NCBI GenBank assembly: GCA_963814275.1
Contig: CAWFCE010000002.1
Location: forward strand, 234,537 to 298,536
Source of the DNA: Candidatus Parcubacteria bacterium
GTDB lineage: Bacteria; Patescibacteriota; Patescibacteriia; Patescibacteriales; UBA12075
DNA length: 64,000 bases
Direction: 5' to 3'
Below, in pieces: positions 55,293 through 63,860 of this stretch; the stretch's first letter is position 1, and every line of letters begins with the position of its first letter. Below the pieces are notes generated by a model. The model saw nothing but the letters and a program-made list of their open reading frames with translations. It made no database searches and had not been told where the DNA came from. The position numbers and the translations under genes were made by a program.

Positions 55293-55319
55293 TATAAACA
55301 AAAAAAGGAGGGATATGCC

Positions 55320-55640
55320 GTGCGAAGCAAGATAATCGATCCGGTAAGATCGTTTTTCAGATTTTTGTCCGGCGTATTCGTCGGTTTGAGCTTGCCCGAA
55401 AGATTCATATCGTATTTAACGATCAGTCGCGATTGGCTATCGGCTGCGAAAAAGTATCATGAAGAAAACAATCATGAAGCAGAGGCCGAAGCGGTTATTG
55501 AAGCGCGCAAAGCCTCTGATCTGGCCGTGGCGATCTTCGAGCGCATGACCGATGAAAACAAGAAAAGTTTCCAAAACGAGATCTATAAGCTGGACAGGGA
55601 TTTTTATCAGTTCAAAACATCGTATTTATGCAATCAATAA
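55320..55640 (+). CDS. hypothetical protein
   Basis: GTG start 7 nt after AAGGAGGG. 106 aa, no motif recognised. Confidence 0.4.
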   Translation: MRSKIIDPVRSFFRFLSGVFVGLSLPERFISYLTISRDWLSAAKKYHEENNHEAEAEAVIEARKASDLAVAIFERMTDENKKSFQNEIYKLDRDFYQFKTSYLCNQ

Positions 55641-55681
55641 CCGGCATCAAGCACTAAACGTCCTTGATGCCGACCTTATTT

Positions 55682-56557
55682 ATGAGCGCGAACATTATTG
55701 ACGGCCGGCTGTTGGCCGAAAAGATTAAAGATAAGATTGTTAAAGACATTGTGTCGTTATCCGGCGGCCTTGATAATTACGTTAATCATCGGCCCAATCT
55801 GGCGATCGTTCTGGTGGGAGAGCGGGAAGACTCCAGGATTTTTGTCGAGTTGAAGGAAAAGGAAGCCAAGAAGGTCGGTATTGATACCCACTTATATAAG
55901 TGTCCCGGCAATATTCCGGAAAACGAACTTTTAGCGATAATCAAGCATTTGAATTCCGATGATCTGATCGATGCTATTTTGGTACAGCTGCCTTTGCCCC
56001 CTGGATACGATACTGACGGTATAATCAGGTCAATTAATCCGGAAAAGGATGTTGATCGTTTTCATCCTGACAATTTGGGTATCTTATTTTCCACTTGCGA
56101 CCACCAGCACGTGCTACCGCCGGTTTTTACGGCGGTTCTGGAAATACTCGGAAGCATCAAGTATGAGCTGGAAGATAAAAGGGTTTGCGTGGTGGCTAAT
56201 TCGGATATTTTCGGCCGGAGTTTGTGCCGGGTATTGGAATGCCGCAAAGCGAGCGCCGTTTATGTCAAACCAGATGATCCCGACCTAAAGAATAAGACTA
56301 TGGATGCCGATGTGTTGATCAGCGCAGTGGGCAAAAAACATTTTATAACGCGCGATATGATCGCCGAAGACGCGATTATCATCGATATCGGCATTACCAA
56401 GGAAGGCCGCAAGGTTTATGGCGATGTCGATTTTGACGAAGCAGCCGACAAGGCAAGTTTCATTACGCCGGTCCCCGGCGGAGTCGGCCCGTTAACGGTT
56501 GCCACTACCCTCCTCAATACCCTTGAGCTGCACAAGAACCGTTGTTGCCAAAAATAG
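55682..56557 (+). CDS. folD: bifunctional methylenetetrahydrofolate dehydrogenase/cyclohydrolase
   Basis: MSANIIDGRLLAEKIK..., LAIVLVGEREDSRIFV, VQLPLP, TPVPGGVGPLT. ATG 55682 chosen to match the usual FolD N-terminus. Confidence 0.93.
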   Translation: MSANIIDGRLLAEKIKDKIVKDIVSLSGGLDNYVNHRPNLAIVLVGEREDSRIFVELKEKEAKKVGIDTHLYKCPGNIPENELLAIIKHLNSDDLIDAILVQLPLPPGYDTDGIIRSINPEKDVDRFHPDNLGILFSTCDHQHVLPPVFTAVLEILGSIKYELEDKRVCVVANSDIFGRSLCRVLECRKASAVYVKPDDPDLKNKTMDADVLISAVGKKHFITRDMIAEDAIIIDIGITKEGRKVYGDVDFDEAADKASFITPVPGGVGPLTVATTLLNTLELHKNRCCQK

Positions 56558-56699
56558 CTGAGCTTAAATAAAAAGCAGCCATATCTTTTTACGATATGGC
56601 TGTTTTGCTAATATACGCCGAAATTGCTTATTATGTGATAGTTTGTTACTATGGATATTAGTTAAACTTGCTTTATTTACGAATATTGTGGTGTAAAAT

Positions 56700-58865
56700 A
56701 TGTCAGAAGCAGACAAACTCAATACAGCCAGCGAACTATTGAAAGTCCATTACGGTTATACCAGTTTCCGTCCCGGACAAAAACAAGCAATCGAAGCGGC
56801 TTTGGCCGGATGTTCTGTCGCGGTCATAATGCCGACCGGCGGAGGAAAGTCCCTCTGCTATCAGCTGCCCGCTTTGGTTTTGCCCGGCGTGACCATTGTC
56901 GTCTCTCCTTTGATCGCCTTGATGAAAGACCAGGTGGATGGCCTTACGAAGGTCGGTATTCCGGCTACTTTCATCAACTCTTCGATTAGCCAGGCGGAAA
57001 CTTTCAATCGCCTGGAGGCGGTAAAATCGGGCCAATGCAAACTTCTCTATATCGCGCCGGAAAGGTTTTATAATGCCGAGTTCACCACGGCTCTCAAAAA
57101 TATCGAAGTCAGCTTATTTGCCATCGATGAAGCGCATTGTATCAGCCAATGGGGACATGATTTCCGTCCCAGTTACCTGAAGCTCAAGTGGGCGATCGAA
57201 GCAGTCGGCCGGCCGCCGGTGATGGCTTTGACCGCGACCGCTACTCCGGAAGTGCGCGCGGACATCATCAAGCAATTAGGCCTGGAAAATCCCAAATTGG
57301 TCGTTACCGGGTTTGCCCGCCCGAACCTGCAATTCGGCGTTATCCATGCGAATGAAACCAAGAAACCGCAATTGGTAATAGATGCCCTTACGAGCGTACC
57401 GGATGGAACGGGAATAGTATATGTCAGCACCCGGGCGCGGGCTGATGCCCTCCTGCAGTTCCTCTTGGAACACGATATAGAAGCGGTTGGCTACCATGCC
57501 GGTATGGAAGCGGAGGACAGGAAATGGGTGCAGAATAATTTCATGAGCGGCCAGGCCAAAGTGATCGTGGCAACCAATGCTTTCGGCCTGGGTATTGATA
57601 AACCCGATATCCGGTTTGTCATCCACTATGATATGCCGGGCACGGTTGAAGCTTATTATCAGGAAGCCGGCCGAGCCGGCCGGGACGGACGCCCGAGTTT
57701 CTGCCTGCTGCTTTACAATTCACGAGACCGGGCTTTGCATGAGTTTTTCATCAAGGGCGACAATCCTCCCCCGAATGTAATCCGCGAGTTATATGAAATA
57801 TTGCTTAATTACGAATCGGATGTCGTATTGATCACCTATGCCGAATTGGCGGCAATGCTTTCGGATAAACTGCCGGAAATGGCTATCGGCACAGGAATCA
57901 AAATACTCGAACGGGAAGGTTATATCGCCCGTTCGACCGAGCGGAGCGGCAATGCTTTTTTAAAATTTTTGAAAGGAGCCGAATATATTTTGGATACGAT
58001 CAGCCCGCAAGCCAAGAAGCTCAGAGAAACGGTAATTAAACTTAAGGACCGGTTCGGGAATGAAGTGGCTGACGGCTGGCAATTCAACCCGGATGAAGCT
58101 GCGGAGATCCTGGAAATTAAGCGCGAATCGCTTATGCGGGCGATCAGGAAGCTGAACGATGAAGGCCTTCTGGAGTACCGGCCGCCATTCAAAGGCACGG
58201 AAATCCGCGTTCTGAAACGGGTAAATCCCAGTGAGATTGAATTCGATGAAGCCGCTATGCGGGCCAAACTCAAAGCGGCGCATGACAAACTTGATAAGAT
58301 CGAAGAATATGTTTACGATTTCGGCTGCCGCCAGAAATTCATGCTCGATTATTTCGGCGACCACGATTCAGGCGCATGCGGTAAATGCGACATTTGTCTG
58401 ACCGGCAAAGCGCTGGGAGCCAAGCAGCAACCACCCGGATTGCCCGTTAAAAAACCGGCCGGCTATTTTCATCGGGGCATGAAAAGGCCGGCAGACGAGA
58501 ATTATGCCGCTGATCCTCCGGAGCGGAAGTCCGGGCTAAGCACCAAGTTGACCCAGCTGGAAACCCTTGAGCTGTATAACCAGGGCAAAGATGTCAAAGA
58601 GATCGCCCGTCTGCGGGACCTTGAACCGCCCACGGTCATGGACCATATCTGCTATTTGGTGGAAAAAGGGATTATCAAAAATATCGACAAACTGGTAGAT
58701 AAAAAAACCGTTGTCCGGGTAATGGAAACAATTGAGAAGATTGGCGGGGACAAGCTCAAACCGATCTATGAGCAATTGGAGGGGGCGGTGGATTATGATA
58801 AAATAAAATTAATAATTTCCAAACGCATAGCGGATCGCCATAAATTGCAGATCCGTAACCGATAA
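56700..58865 (+). CDS. recQ: ATP-dependent DNA helicase RecQ
   Basis: MPTGGGKSLCYQLPA, DEAHCISQWGHDFRPSY, ATNAFGLGIDKPDIRFVIH, QEAGRAGRDG, Zn module CRQKF...CGKCDIC, and a C-terminal HTH-like tail. Confidence 0.93.
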   Translation: MSEADKLNTASELLKVHYGYTSFRPGQKQAIEAALAGCSVAVIMPTGGGKSLCYQLPALVLPGVTIVVSPLIALMKDQVDGLTKVGIPATFINSSISQAETFNRLEAVKSGQCKLLYIAPERFYNAEFTTALKNIEVSLFAIDEAHCISQWGHDFRPSYLKLKWAIEAVGRPPVMALTATATPEVRADIIKQLGLENPKLVVTGFARPNLQFGVIHANETKKPQLVIDALTSVPDGTGIVYVSTRARADALLQFLLEHDIEAVGYHAGMEAEDRKWVQNNFMSGQAKVIVATNAFGLGIDKPDIRFVIHYDMPGTVEAYYQEAGRAGRDGRPSFCLLLYNSRDRALHEFFIKGDNPPPNVIRELYEILLNYESDVVLITYAELAAMLSDKLPEMAIGTGIKILEREGYIARSTERSGNAFLKFLKGAEYILDTISPQAKKLRETVIKLKDRFGNEVADGWQFNPDEAAEILEIKRESLMRAIRKLNDEGLLEYRPPFKGTEIRVLKRVNPSEIEFDEAAMRAKLKAAHDKLDKIEEYVYDFGCRQKFMLDYFGDHDSGACGKCDICLTGKALGAKQQPPGLPVKKPAGYFHRGMKRPADENYAADPPERKSGLSTKLTQLETLELYNQGKDVKEIARLRDLEPPTVMDHICYLVEKGIIKNIDKLVDKKTVVRVMETIEKIGGDKLKPIYEQLEGAVDYDKIKLIISKRIADRHKLQIRNR

Positions 58866-58866
58866 T

Positions 58867-59577
58867 ATGGACCAAAAAACCCAAAAAGAACTTTGCGATA
58901 TCGTAAAACATAATTATGAGGAAATCGCGGAAGAATTCCATGAAACCCGCCGAAAGTATTTGTGGCCGGAATTGATCAAATTGGCAAAAAACGTCAAAGA
59001 CGGAGACCGGGTGTTGGACGTCGGTTGCGGCAGCGGGCGCCTGGCCGAAGCGTTTATGGGTAAAACCGTGAGTTATATCGGCGTCGATGCCTGCCGCCGC
59101 CTGATCGAGATCGCCCGCGAAGAAGAGCCGGATTGCCGATTTTTAATCGGCGATGTGCTAGAATTGGGCTTGATTCCGGAGATTGAATTCGATTATGTCT
59201 TCTGTATCGCTATGCTGCAGCATATACCGGGAAGCAAGCTGCAAGTCGACGCTTTGAGACAGATGCGCAACAAGATCAAGCCGGGCGGACAGGTTATCGT
59301 TTCGGTGTGGAATATGCGGAGCCGGATTTGGGCGGATAAGAAACCGTACCGCCGCCTGATTTTCAAGTTCATGCTTCTTAAATTGATCGGTAAGAATAAG
59401 ATGGATTTTGGCGATATCATAATCGACTGGAAGAATCCGGCCGGACAAACGATAAGCAAGCGTTATTATCACGCATTCCGCGGCCGGGAACTCAAGCGTC
59501 TGGCCAGGAAAGCGGGCCTTAGGGTCAAGAAATTCTACAAAGATCAGTATAATTATTATTTGATTTTGAAAAGATAA
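58867..59577 (+). CDS. class I SAM-dependent methyltransferase
   Basis: Motif I VLDVGCGSGRLAE and post-I/II motifs. Confidence 0.8.
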   Translation: MDQKTQKELCDIVKHNYEEIAEEFHETRRKYLWPELIKLAKNVKDGDRVLDVGCGSGRLAEAFMGKTVSYIGVDACRRLIEIAREEEPDCRFLIGDVLELGLIPEIEFDYVFCIAMLQHIPGSKLQVDALRQMRNKIKPGGQVIVSVWNMRSRIWADKKPYRRLIFKFMLLKLIGKNKMDFGDIIIDWKNPAGQTISKRYYHAFRGRELKRLARKAGLRVKKFYKDQYNYYLILKR

Positions 59578-59669
59578 TTCCAATCCGCAAATTTATCCGG
59601 ATAACACAAACAACTTTAAAACTTTTGGAATAATTCGAATATTAATTAGTAATATTCAGATTATATTTT

Positions 59670-60047
59670 ATGAATATCAGTTCTGAACAATTCGAAAAGA
59701 TCGTGGCTGAAGCCATTGACTCATTGCCCGATAAATTTCAGGTAAAGATCAATAATCTGGCAGTATTAGTTGAGGATTTTCCCACCGCTGAGCAGTTAAA
59801 AAAAGTTAAACTTCACAATAAATGGAGCTTGTTCGGCCTGTACGAAGGTTATGTACAGTCGCGCCGTGTTAATGTCGGCGCAGTCCTGCCGGACCGGATA
59901 TCGATTTTTCGCCAGCCGATACTGAGGAGCTGCCATAATCCCGAGGACTGCCGTGAACAGATTATCAAGACGGTCAAGCACGAGATCGCCCACCATTTCG
60001 GCTCCGATGAGACTGGGGCGAGAAAAGCGGGAGGGAGCAAAACTTGA
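59670..60047 (+). CDS. zincin-like metallopeptidase family protein (DUF1025-like)
   Basis: 125 aa with C-terminal HEIAHHFG (HExxH) in the arrangement typical of this small family. Confidence 0.7.
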   Translation: MNISSEQFEKIVAEAIDSLPDKFQVKINNLAVLVEDFPTAEQLKKVKLHNKWSLFGLYEGYVQSRRVNVGAVLPDRISIFRQPILRSCHNPEDCREQIIKTVKHEIAHHFGSDETGARKAGGSKT

Positions 60048-60258
60048 TTTATTTTTTCTTTTATGTTAGTCTATAAAAGACTCCGAAAGGGAGTTTTTTG
60101 TAATATTGACAGTTGCTAAACGCTAGTATTTATTCTAAAATACTTTCGGTAATATATAATTCAAAATAAACAATATTTGTAAGCTCCCGTGGTGAAACGG
60201 ATATTATATCCCGCGAAGCGAGTGCCTGTAGCTCAATAGATGGCCCCGCACCTTTTGC

Positions 60259-60332
60259 GCTCCGGTAGCTCAACTGGATAGAGCGTGTGGCTTCGGACCA
60301 CAAGGTTAGGGGTTCAAGTCCCTTCCGGAGCA
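60259..60332 (+). tRNA. tRNA-Arg (anticodon TCG)
   Basis: Acceptor GCTCCGG/CCGGAGC, D arm GCTC..GAGC, anticodon loop CTTCGGA, T arm AGGGG-TTCAAGT-CCCTT. Confidence 0.9.
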
Positions 60333-60502
60333 CAGAAGGTGCGGGGTCGAACAAAAAGGTTACGGGTTCGTCAGGTCATTCGACCTGACGCCCGGTCGAA
60401 TGACCGGGCGAGTCCTGACGGGAGCACACGGAAATTTTCGATTGACGATTTATGATTTTCGAAACAATTCTGAGATCGAAAATCGTAATTCGAAAATTGC
60501 GG

Positions 60503-60576
60503 GGCTGGGTAGCTCAGTTGGTTAGAGCGTAGCACTCATAACGCTAAGGTCGTGGGTTCAATCCCCACCCCAGCTA
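60503..60576 (+). tRNA. tRNA with CAT anticodon (elongator Met or Ile2; not initiator-like)
   Basis: Acceptor GGCTGGG/CCCAGCT (G1-U72), anticodon loop CTCATAA, T arm GTGGG-TTCAATC-CCCAC. No three G-C pairs in the anticodon stem. Confidence 0.85.
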
Positions 60577-60692
60577 CGAGCAAGCTAAGAAGTTCGTAAA
60601 GTTTAAAGTTTGTAAAAGCTACGGACGATTAGTATTGTGCGATTAGGCAAAATATACTTTCAACTTTAAACTTTTCGACTTTAAACTATTTT

Positions 60693-60713
60693 GCCCTCAT
60701 AGCTCAGTTGGTA
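60693..60713 (+). pseudogene. duplicated 5' fragment (21 nt) of tRNA-Lys
   Basis: GCCCTCATAGCTCAGTTGGTA is identical to 61023-61043, then diverges into a GC hairpin and the GIY-YIG ORF. Confidence 0.6.
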
Positions 60714-60761
60714 CCGCGCCCGCAACGCTCTCGCTTGCGAGGCGGGCGGGGAGCAGCGTTT

Positions 60762-61001
60762 ATGTTTTATTATACTTATGTCTTAAAAAGCAAAGTTGAT
60801 GATAATTTGTATATCGGATATACTGCAGACTTGGCAAAAAGAAAGATTGATCACGATAATGGGATGGTTGGAGCTACAAAGTTCAGAAGACCATTGGACT
60901 TAGTCTATTATGAAGCTTGCATGTCCGAGACAAAGGCGCTGGAAAGGGAAAAATATTTTAAAACCGGCTATGGCAGAAGATTTTTAACAAATAGATTATA
61001 A
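60762..61001 (+). CDS. GIY-YIG nuclease family protein (small, UPF0213-like)
   Basis: YYTYVLKSKVDDNLYIGYTADLAKRKIDHDNG...REKYFKTGYGRRFL has GIY (YTYVL) and YIG motifs plus the conserved Arg/Glu. ATG 60762 chosen. Confidence 0.8.
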   Translation: MFYYTYVLKSKVDDNLYIGYTADLAKRKIDHDNGMVGATKFRRPLDLVYYEACMSETKALEREKYFKTGYGRRFLTNRL

Positions 61002-61022
61002 TATAATGTGCCGCCCTCATAG

Positions 61023-61098
61023 CTCAGTTGGTAGAGCAGCTCCCTCTTAAGGAGATGGTCGAGGGTTCGAATCCCCCTGGGGGCACCAGGTATTTTAT
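61023..61098 (+). tRNA. tRNA-Lys (anticodon CTT), CCA encoded
   Basis: Acceptor GCCCTCA/TGGGGGC, anticodon loop CTCTTAA, T loop TTCGAAT, then A-CCA. Confidence 0.9.
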
Positions 61099-61119
61099 TT
61101 AACAAAATTGCGAAAGCTG

Positions 61120-61156
61120 GACTCTAATCTCTGCTTTCGCTTTTTTGTTTACTCTA
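61120..61156 (+). terminator. rho-independent terminator after tRNA-Lys
   Basis: GCGAAAGC-N15-GCTTTCGC followed by TTTTTT. Confidence 0.7.
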
Positions 61157-61172
61157 ATGCTTTATAATCGAA

Positions 61173-61331
61173 TTATATAGTGGATATTTTTTTGCCCCTA
61201 AGATAATTGGTCCCGTATGTGCTCTCTGCCCCCCAGTAAGTCTTTCCAGTGTAGTTTTTTGTCTCGATAGTAAAAATTCCATTCGGGCAGACTAAGACGT
61301 AATCAATCGCCCGTCGAATTGGTGACATCAT
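61173..61331 (-). pseudogene. truncated NERD-domain fragment (52 aa)
   Basis: Not in the ORF track. MMSPIRRAIDYVLVCPNGIFTIETKNYTGKTYWG... matches the central NERD motif (IDhllv.pnGifvIEtKny.G) but lacks the rest of the domain. Confidence 0.5.
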
Positions 61332-61664
61332 TCAAGCAGGTGATAATTGTCATTAAAATTTTTCTTAATTGCCGAGATAACTGCCATTCGGCGATAGCTC
61401 CGTCCAGAAATTTTGTCCCCACCAAGCAATAAAAGGAAATGCAATAAGTGTACCCAGCGTAATGAAAACATTTAACGGAAGAAGCATCCTCCCAACTATG
61501 ACAACAGCAAAGCCAACAAGAATATATATGCCAACTGAAATGTAAAAGCTTTTTTGTTTAGTTTCTTAAATTACCATATTTATATTTTTTCAATCAATTA
61601 AGCAAAAAGAAAGTGCCTGGAGCATAAGCCACAGGCACTTCAATAGTTCGGTTTTGGCAGAAAA

Positions 61665-62912
61665 TTACCTTCTTCCACCTAAAACACTCGTAAGCAATTC
61701 TCCTTCCTTGGGGTCTTTGAGGGCATCGGCAACCGTTGCCAAACCATCTTCGGTAATACCTCTTCCGCTAAAAGCGTCTGCCAGTACAGCTATAGCTCCC
61801 CAGGCATTGGGATTGTTTGTAACGCGAGCCGAGTTTGGCTCAACGCCTTGGCAAAATGAGGCAATCGCCTTAATCATTCCTGGACCACTTTTGGGAGCCC
61901 GAGAAATCATATTGTCCCACTCATCAATGTTGATGGTAGTAAAATGCTCAACGTACAGTCTCATTCGCTCCAGATGCACCTCGTAAAAAGCGGGGCGGTC
62001 ATCCTGGTAGTAGTAGTCACAGCGTGATACCATTCCCGCAGAGTGGATGATTTCTTCGTGCAAACTGGCAGAAGGTACTTTTGGTGCCCAATGCCATGGC
62101 TCATAGATGGTGTAGGACTCAGGAATCGGCAAACGGTCAAACATATCGCTGTACTCTTTACCTTGGAAAAGTTTTACCACTTTGTGGTTCCACTTGTTTC
62201 CGTAAGTATCGGTGGTATTAACAACACCAACCCGATGAAACTCATACGGCAAGGCGATAAGCGATTTGCCAAAACGACGATTTTCCTTACGAGATTTGAT
62301 GGCTTCGGCTTGTGCGTGTCTGCCCTGTGTTTTCAAACGGCGGATATGTTTCCGCATTCCTTTGGAAAGTCTGGCAGGAATCCGATGAAATTGATGACTG
62401 TTGGCATCAAGGACTTTCTGGGCGGTATCACTTTTTAATCCGCTCAATCTTCTGCCGTCTAACGGTTTTGGGTAGAGCAGGAGACAGCCCGATTCTTCAT
62501 CATAGTCAAAAACTTTCATCTTGACGTCATTTGACCAGAAGCCACGTTCACCGCTGGCATCCTCCACGAAGTAAAAGCTTATGGTTGAACCATCAACAAA
62601 CTCGTGGTAGGTGTAGGTTCCACAGACTTCGCATTTATGTTTGTGGGATTGGATACCCCGCACATCAATGTAAGAGCCACAGGAACCGCATTTGCCTTTG
62701 CGTTCGCAGACATCGTCACGAAGACTGGCATACCACAAATATGTGCCGTTTTTTTCTTGTACTTCTCGTGACGGCCTGCTGTCATCCTGGCTGCAATCTT
62801 TTACTTCGTAACCCGTTTCTTTGAGTTCTTCAAGTAAAGCCGCCAATGCTTCGGGTGACTTTGGATAAAGACTGCAATTCGGAATCTCAACCACATCTTT
62901 TGTTTTAACCAT
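61665..62912 (-). CDS. hypothetical 415-aa protein of the tRNA-Lys insertion
   Basis: Long uninterrupted ORF with AGGAGG RBS. Zn-ribbon-like CGSCGS...HKHKCEVCG and a basic stretch RKHIRRLKTQGRHAQAEAIKSRKENRR. No recombinase motif recognised. Confidence 0.7.
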   Translation of the reverse strand: MVKTKDVVEIPNCSLYPKSPEALAALLEELKETGYEVKDCSQDDSRPSREVQEKNGTYLWYASLRDDVCERKGKCGSCGSYIDVRGIQSHKHKCEVCGTYTYHEFVDGSTISFYFVEDASGERGFWSNDVKMKVFDYDEESGCLLLYPKPLDGRRLSGLKSDTAQKVLDANSHQFHRIPARLSKGMRKHIRRLKTQGRHAQAEAIKSRKENRRFGKSLIALPYEFHRVGVVNTTDTYGNKWNHKVVKLFQGKEYSDMFDRLPIPESYTIYEPWHWAPKVPSASLHEEIIHSAGMVSRCDYYYQDDRPAFYEVHLERMRLYVEHFTTINIDEWDNMISRAPKSGPGMIKAIASFCQGVEPNSARVTNNPNAWGAIAVLADAFSGRGITEDGLATVADALKDPKEGELLTSVLGGRR

Positions 62913-63337
62913 TGCATATCCTCCTTTGTAGGTAGCTAAAAATTGTTTACGTTTTTATAAACTTGTTTATTTATTATAAAATGTTCGTGTTTATAGCCAT
63001 CTTAACACGAAAATATTAAGCATAGCTAATAATAAAATATATCATAAAATTGCTATTTTGTCAATGTCATTTTGCTAAAATTAAACAAATAATACTAAAA
63101 TTAAACAAAAAAACACCAGTATTTTCTGTTAATCCTGGTATTTTCTTGAAATAATCCTTGCCTCGTCTCCTCTATATTGATTTAAGCAAACCAATGCCCA
63201 AATATTGCCCACGAGACGAGTGCAGATGATTACTCTTAGTGATAAGTGAGTGCGAATGAGAAAGCTGATTTACTGTAACTTTATTTTAGAAATAAAGTTT
63301 TGGCCCAACCTAACAGCAAAGAATTTTTTAGCAGTTT

Positions 63338-63362
63338 AGGGTTCGAATCCCCCTGGGGGCAC
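63338..63362 (+). repeat. 25-bp direct repeat of tRNA-Lys 3' end (putative distal att site)
   Basis: AGGGTTCGAATCCCCCTGGGGGCAC is identical to 61072-61096. Confidence 0.75.
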
Positions 63363-63369
63363 GTAAAAC

Positions 63370-63405
63370 AAAAACTACAGAGTTAACTCTGTAGTTTTTG
63401 TTTTA
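63370..63405. terminator. bidirectional terminator
   Basis: AAAAACTACAGAG-TTAA-CTCTGTAGTTTTT followed by GTTTT. Confidence 0.75.
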
Positions 63406-63421
63406 TGGGATTTTTGACCAA

Positions 63422-63706
63422 TTATATTTTGCCCTTCAAGGCGTCCTTCAGGGTTTTGCCTGTTTTGAATTTGGCGACCGTTACTTCCGGGATCTGGATG
63501 CGCTCGGACGGTTTCTGCGGGTTGACGCCGCCGCGGGCGTGGCGCTTGCGGGCGAGGAAAGTGCCGAAGCCGGTGATAGTCACTTCATTGCCGGCCTTGA
63601 GTTCGTCAATGATGATCTTGACCAATGATTCGAGCATGCGCTCGGCTTCCTTTTTGGAGACGGCGGCTTCAGCCGCGATTTTTTCGATTAGGGATGCTTT
63701 ATTCAT
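63422..63706 (-). CDS. hup: HU family DNA-binding protein
   Basis: MNKASLIEKIAAEAAVSKKEAERMLESLVKIIIDELKAGNEVTITGFGTF..RKRHARGGVNPQ...IQIPEVTVAKFK.GK.LKDAL. Internal ATG 63706 matches the usual HU N-terminus. Confidence 0.9.
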   Translation of the reverse strand: MNKASLIEKIAAEAAVSKKEAERMLESLVKIIIDELKAGNEVTITGFGTFLARKRHARGGVNPQKPSERIQIPEVTVAKFKTGKTLKDALKGKI

Positions 63707-63860
63707 AATGTTATTTTGGTCCGGGCTCATTAATATATTAAAAGGCCCAAAGACAATATTTTATTAAATATATGAATTTTAAGTAATACTAGTAAGATTA
63801 GTAATATTAGTAATTACTGCGTTACAAGTCTTACTAAGTACCAGTCTTACTAGCTATACA

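Larger units (their letters stand above)
61097..63337. mobile_element. putative integrated element at tRNA-Lys (2.2 kb, no recognisable integrase)
   Basis: Bounded by an identical 25-bp direct repeat of the tRNA-Lys 3' end (61072-61096 and 63338-63362). Contains a NERD-domain fragment, a 415-aa unknown ORF and an AT-rich region with a 15-bp direct repeat (63074-63088, 63094-63108). Confidence 0.5.

Noticed and set aside
60130-60354. 74-aa minus-strand ORF.
   Set aside because: It overlaps tRNA-Arg(TCG) and its flanking helices.
61654-62824. Plus-strand ORFs inside the tRNA-Lys insertion (61654-61986, 62043-62438, 62312-62524, 62531-62824). Also a search for an integrase.
   Set aside because: All are antisense to the uninterrupted 415-aa gene. 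No frame on either strand shows R..HxxR..Y or Ser-recombinase motifs, so no integrase is reported.
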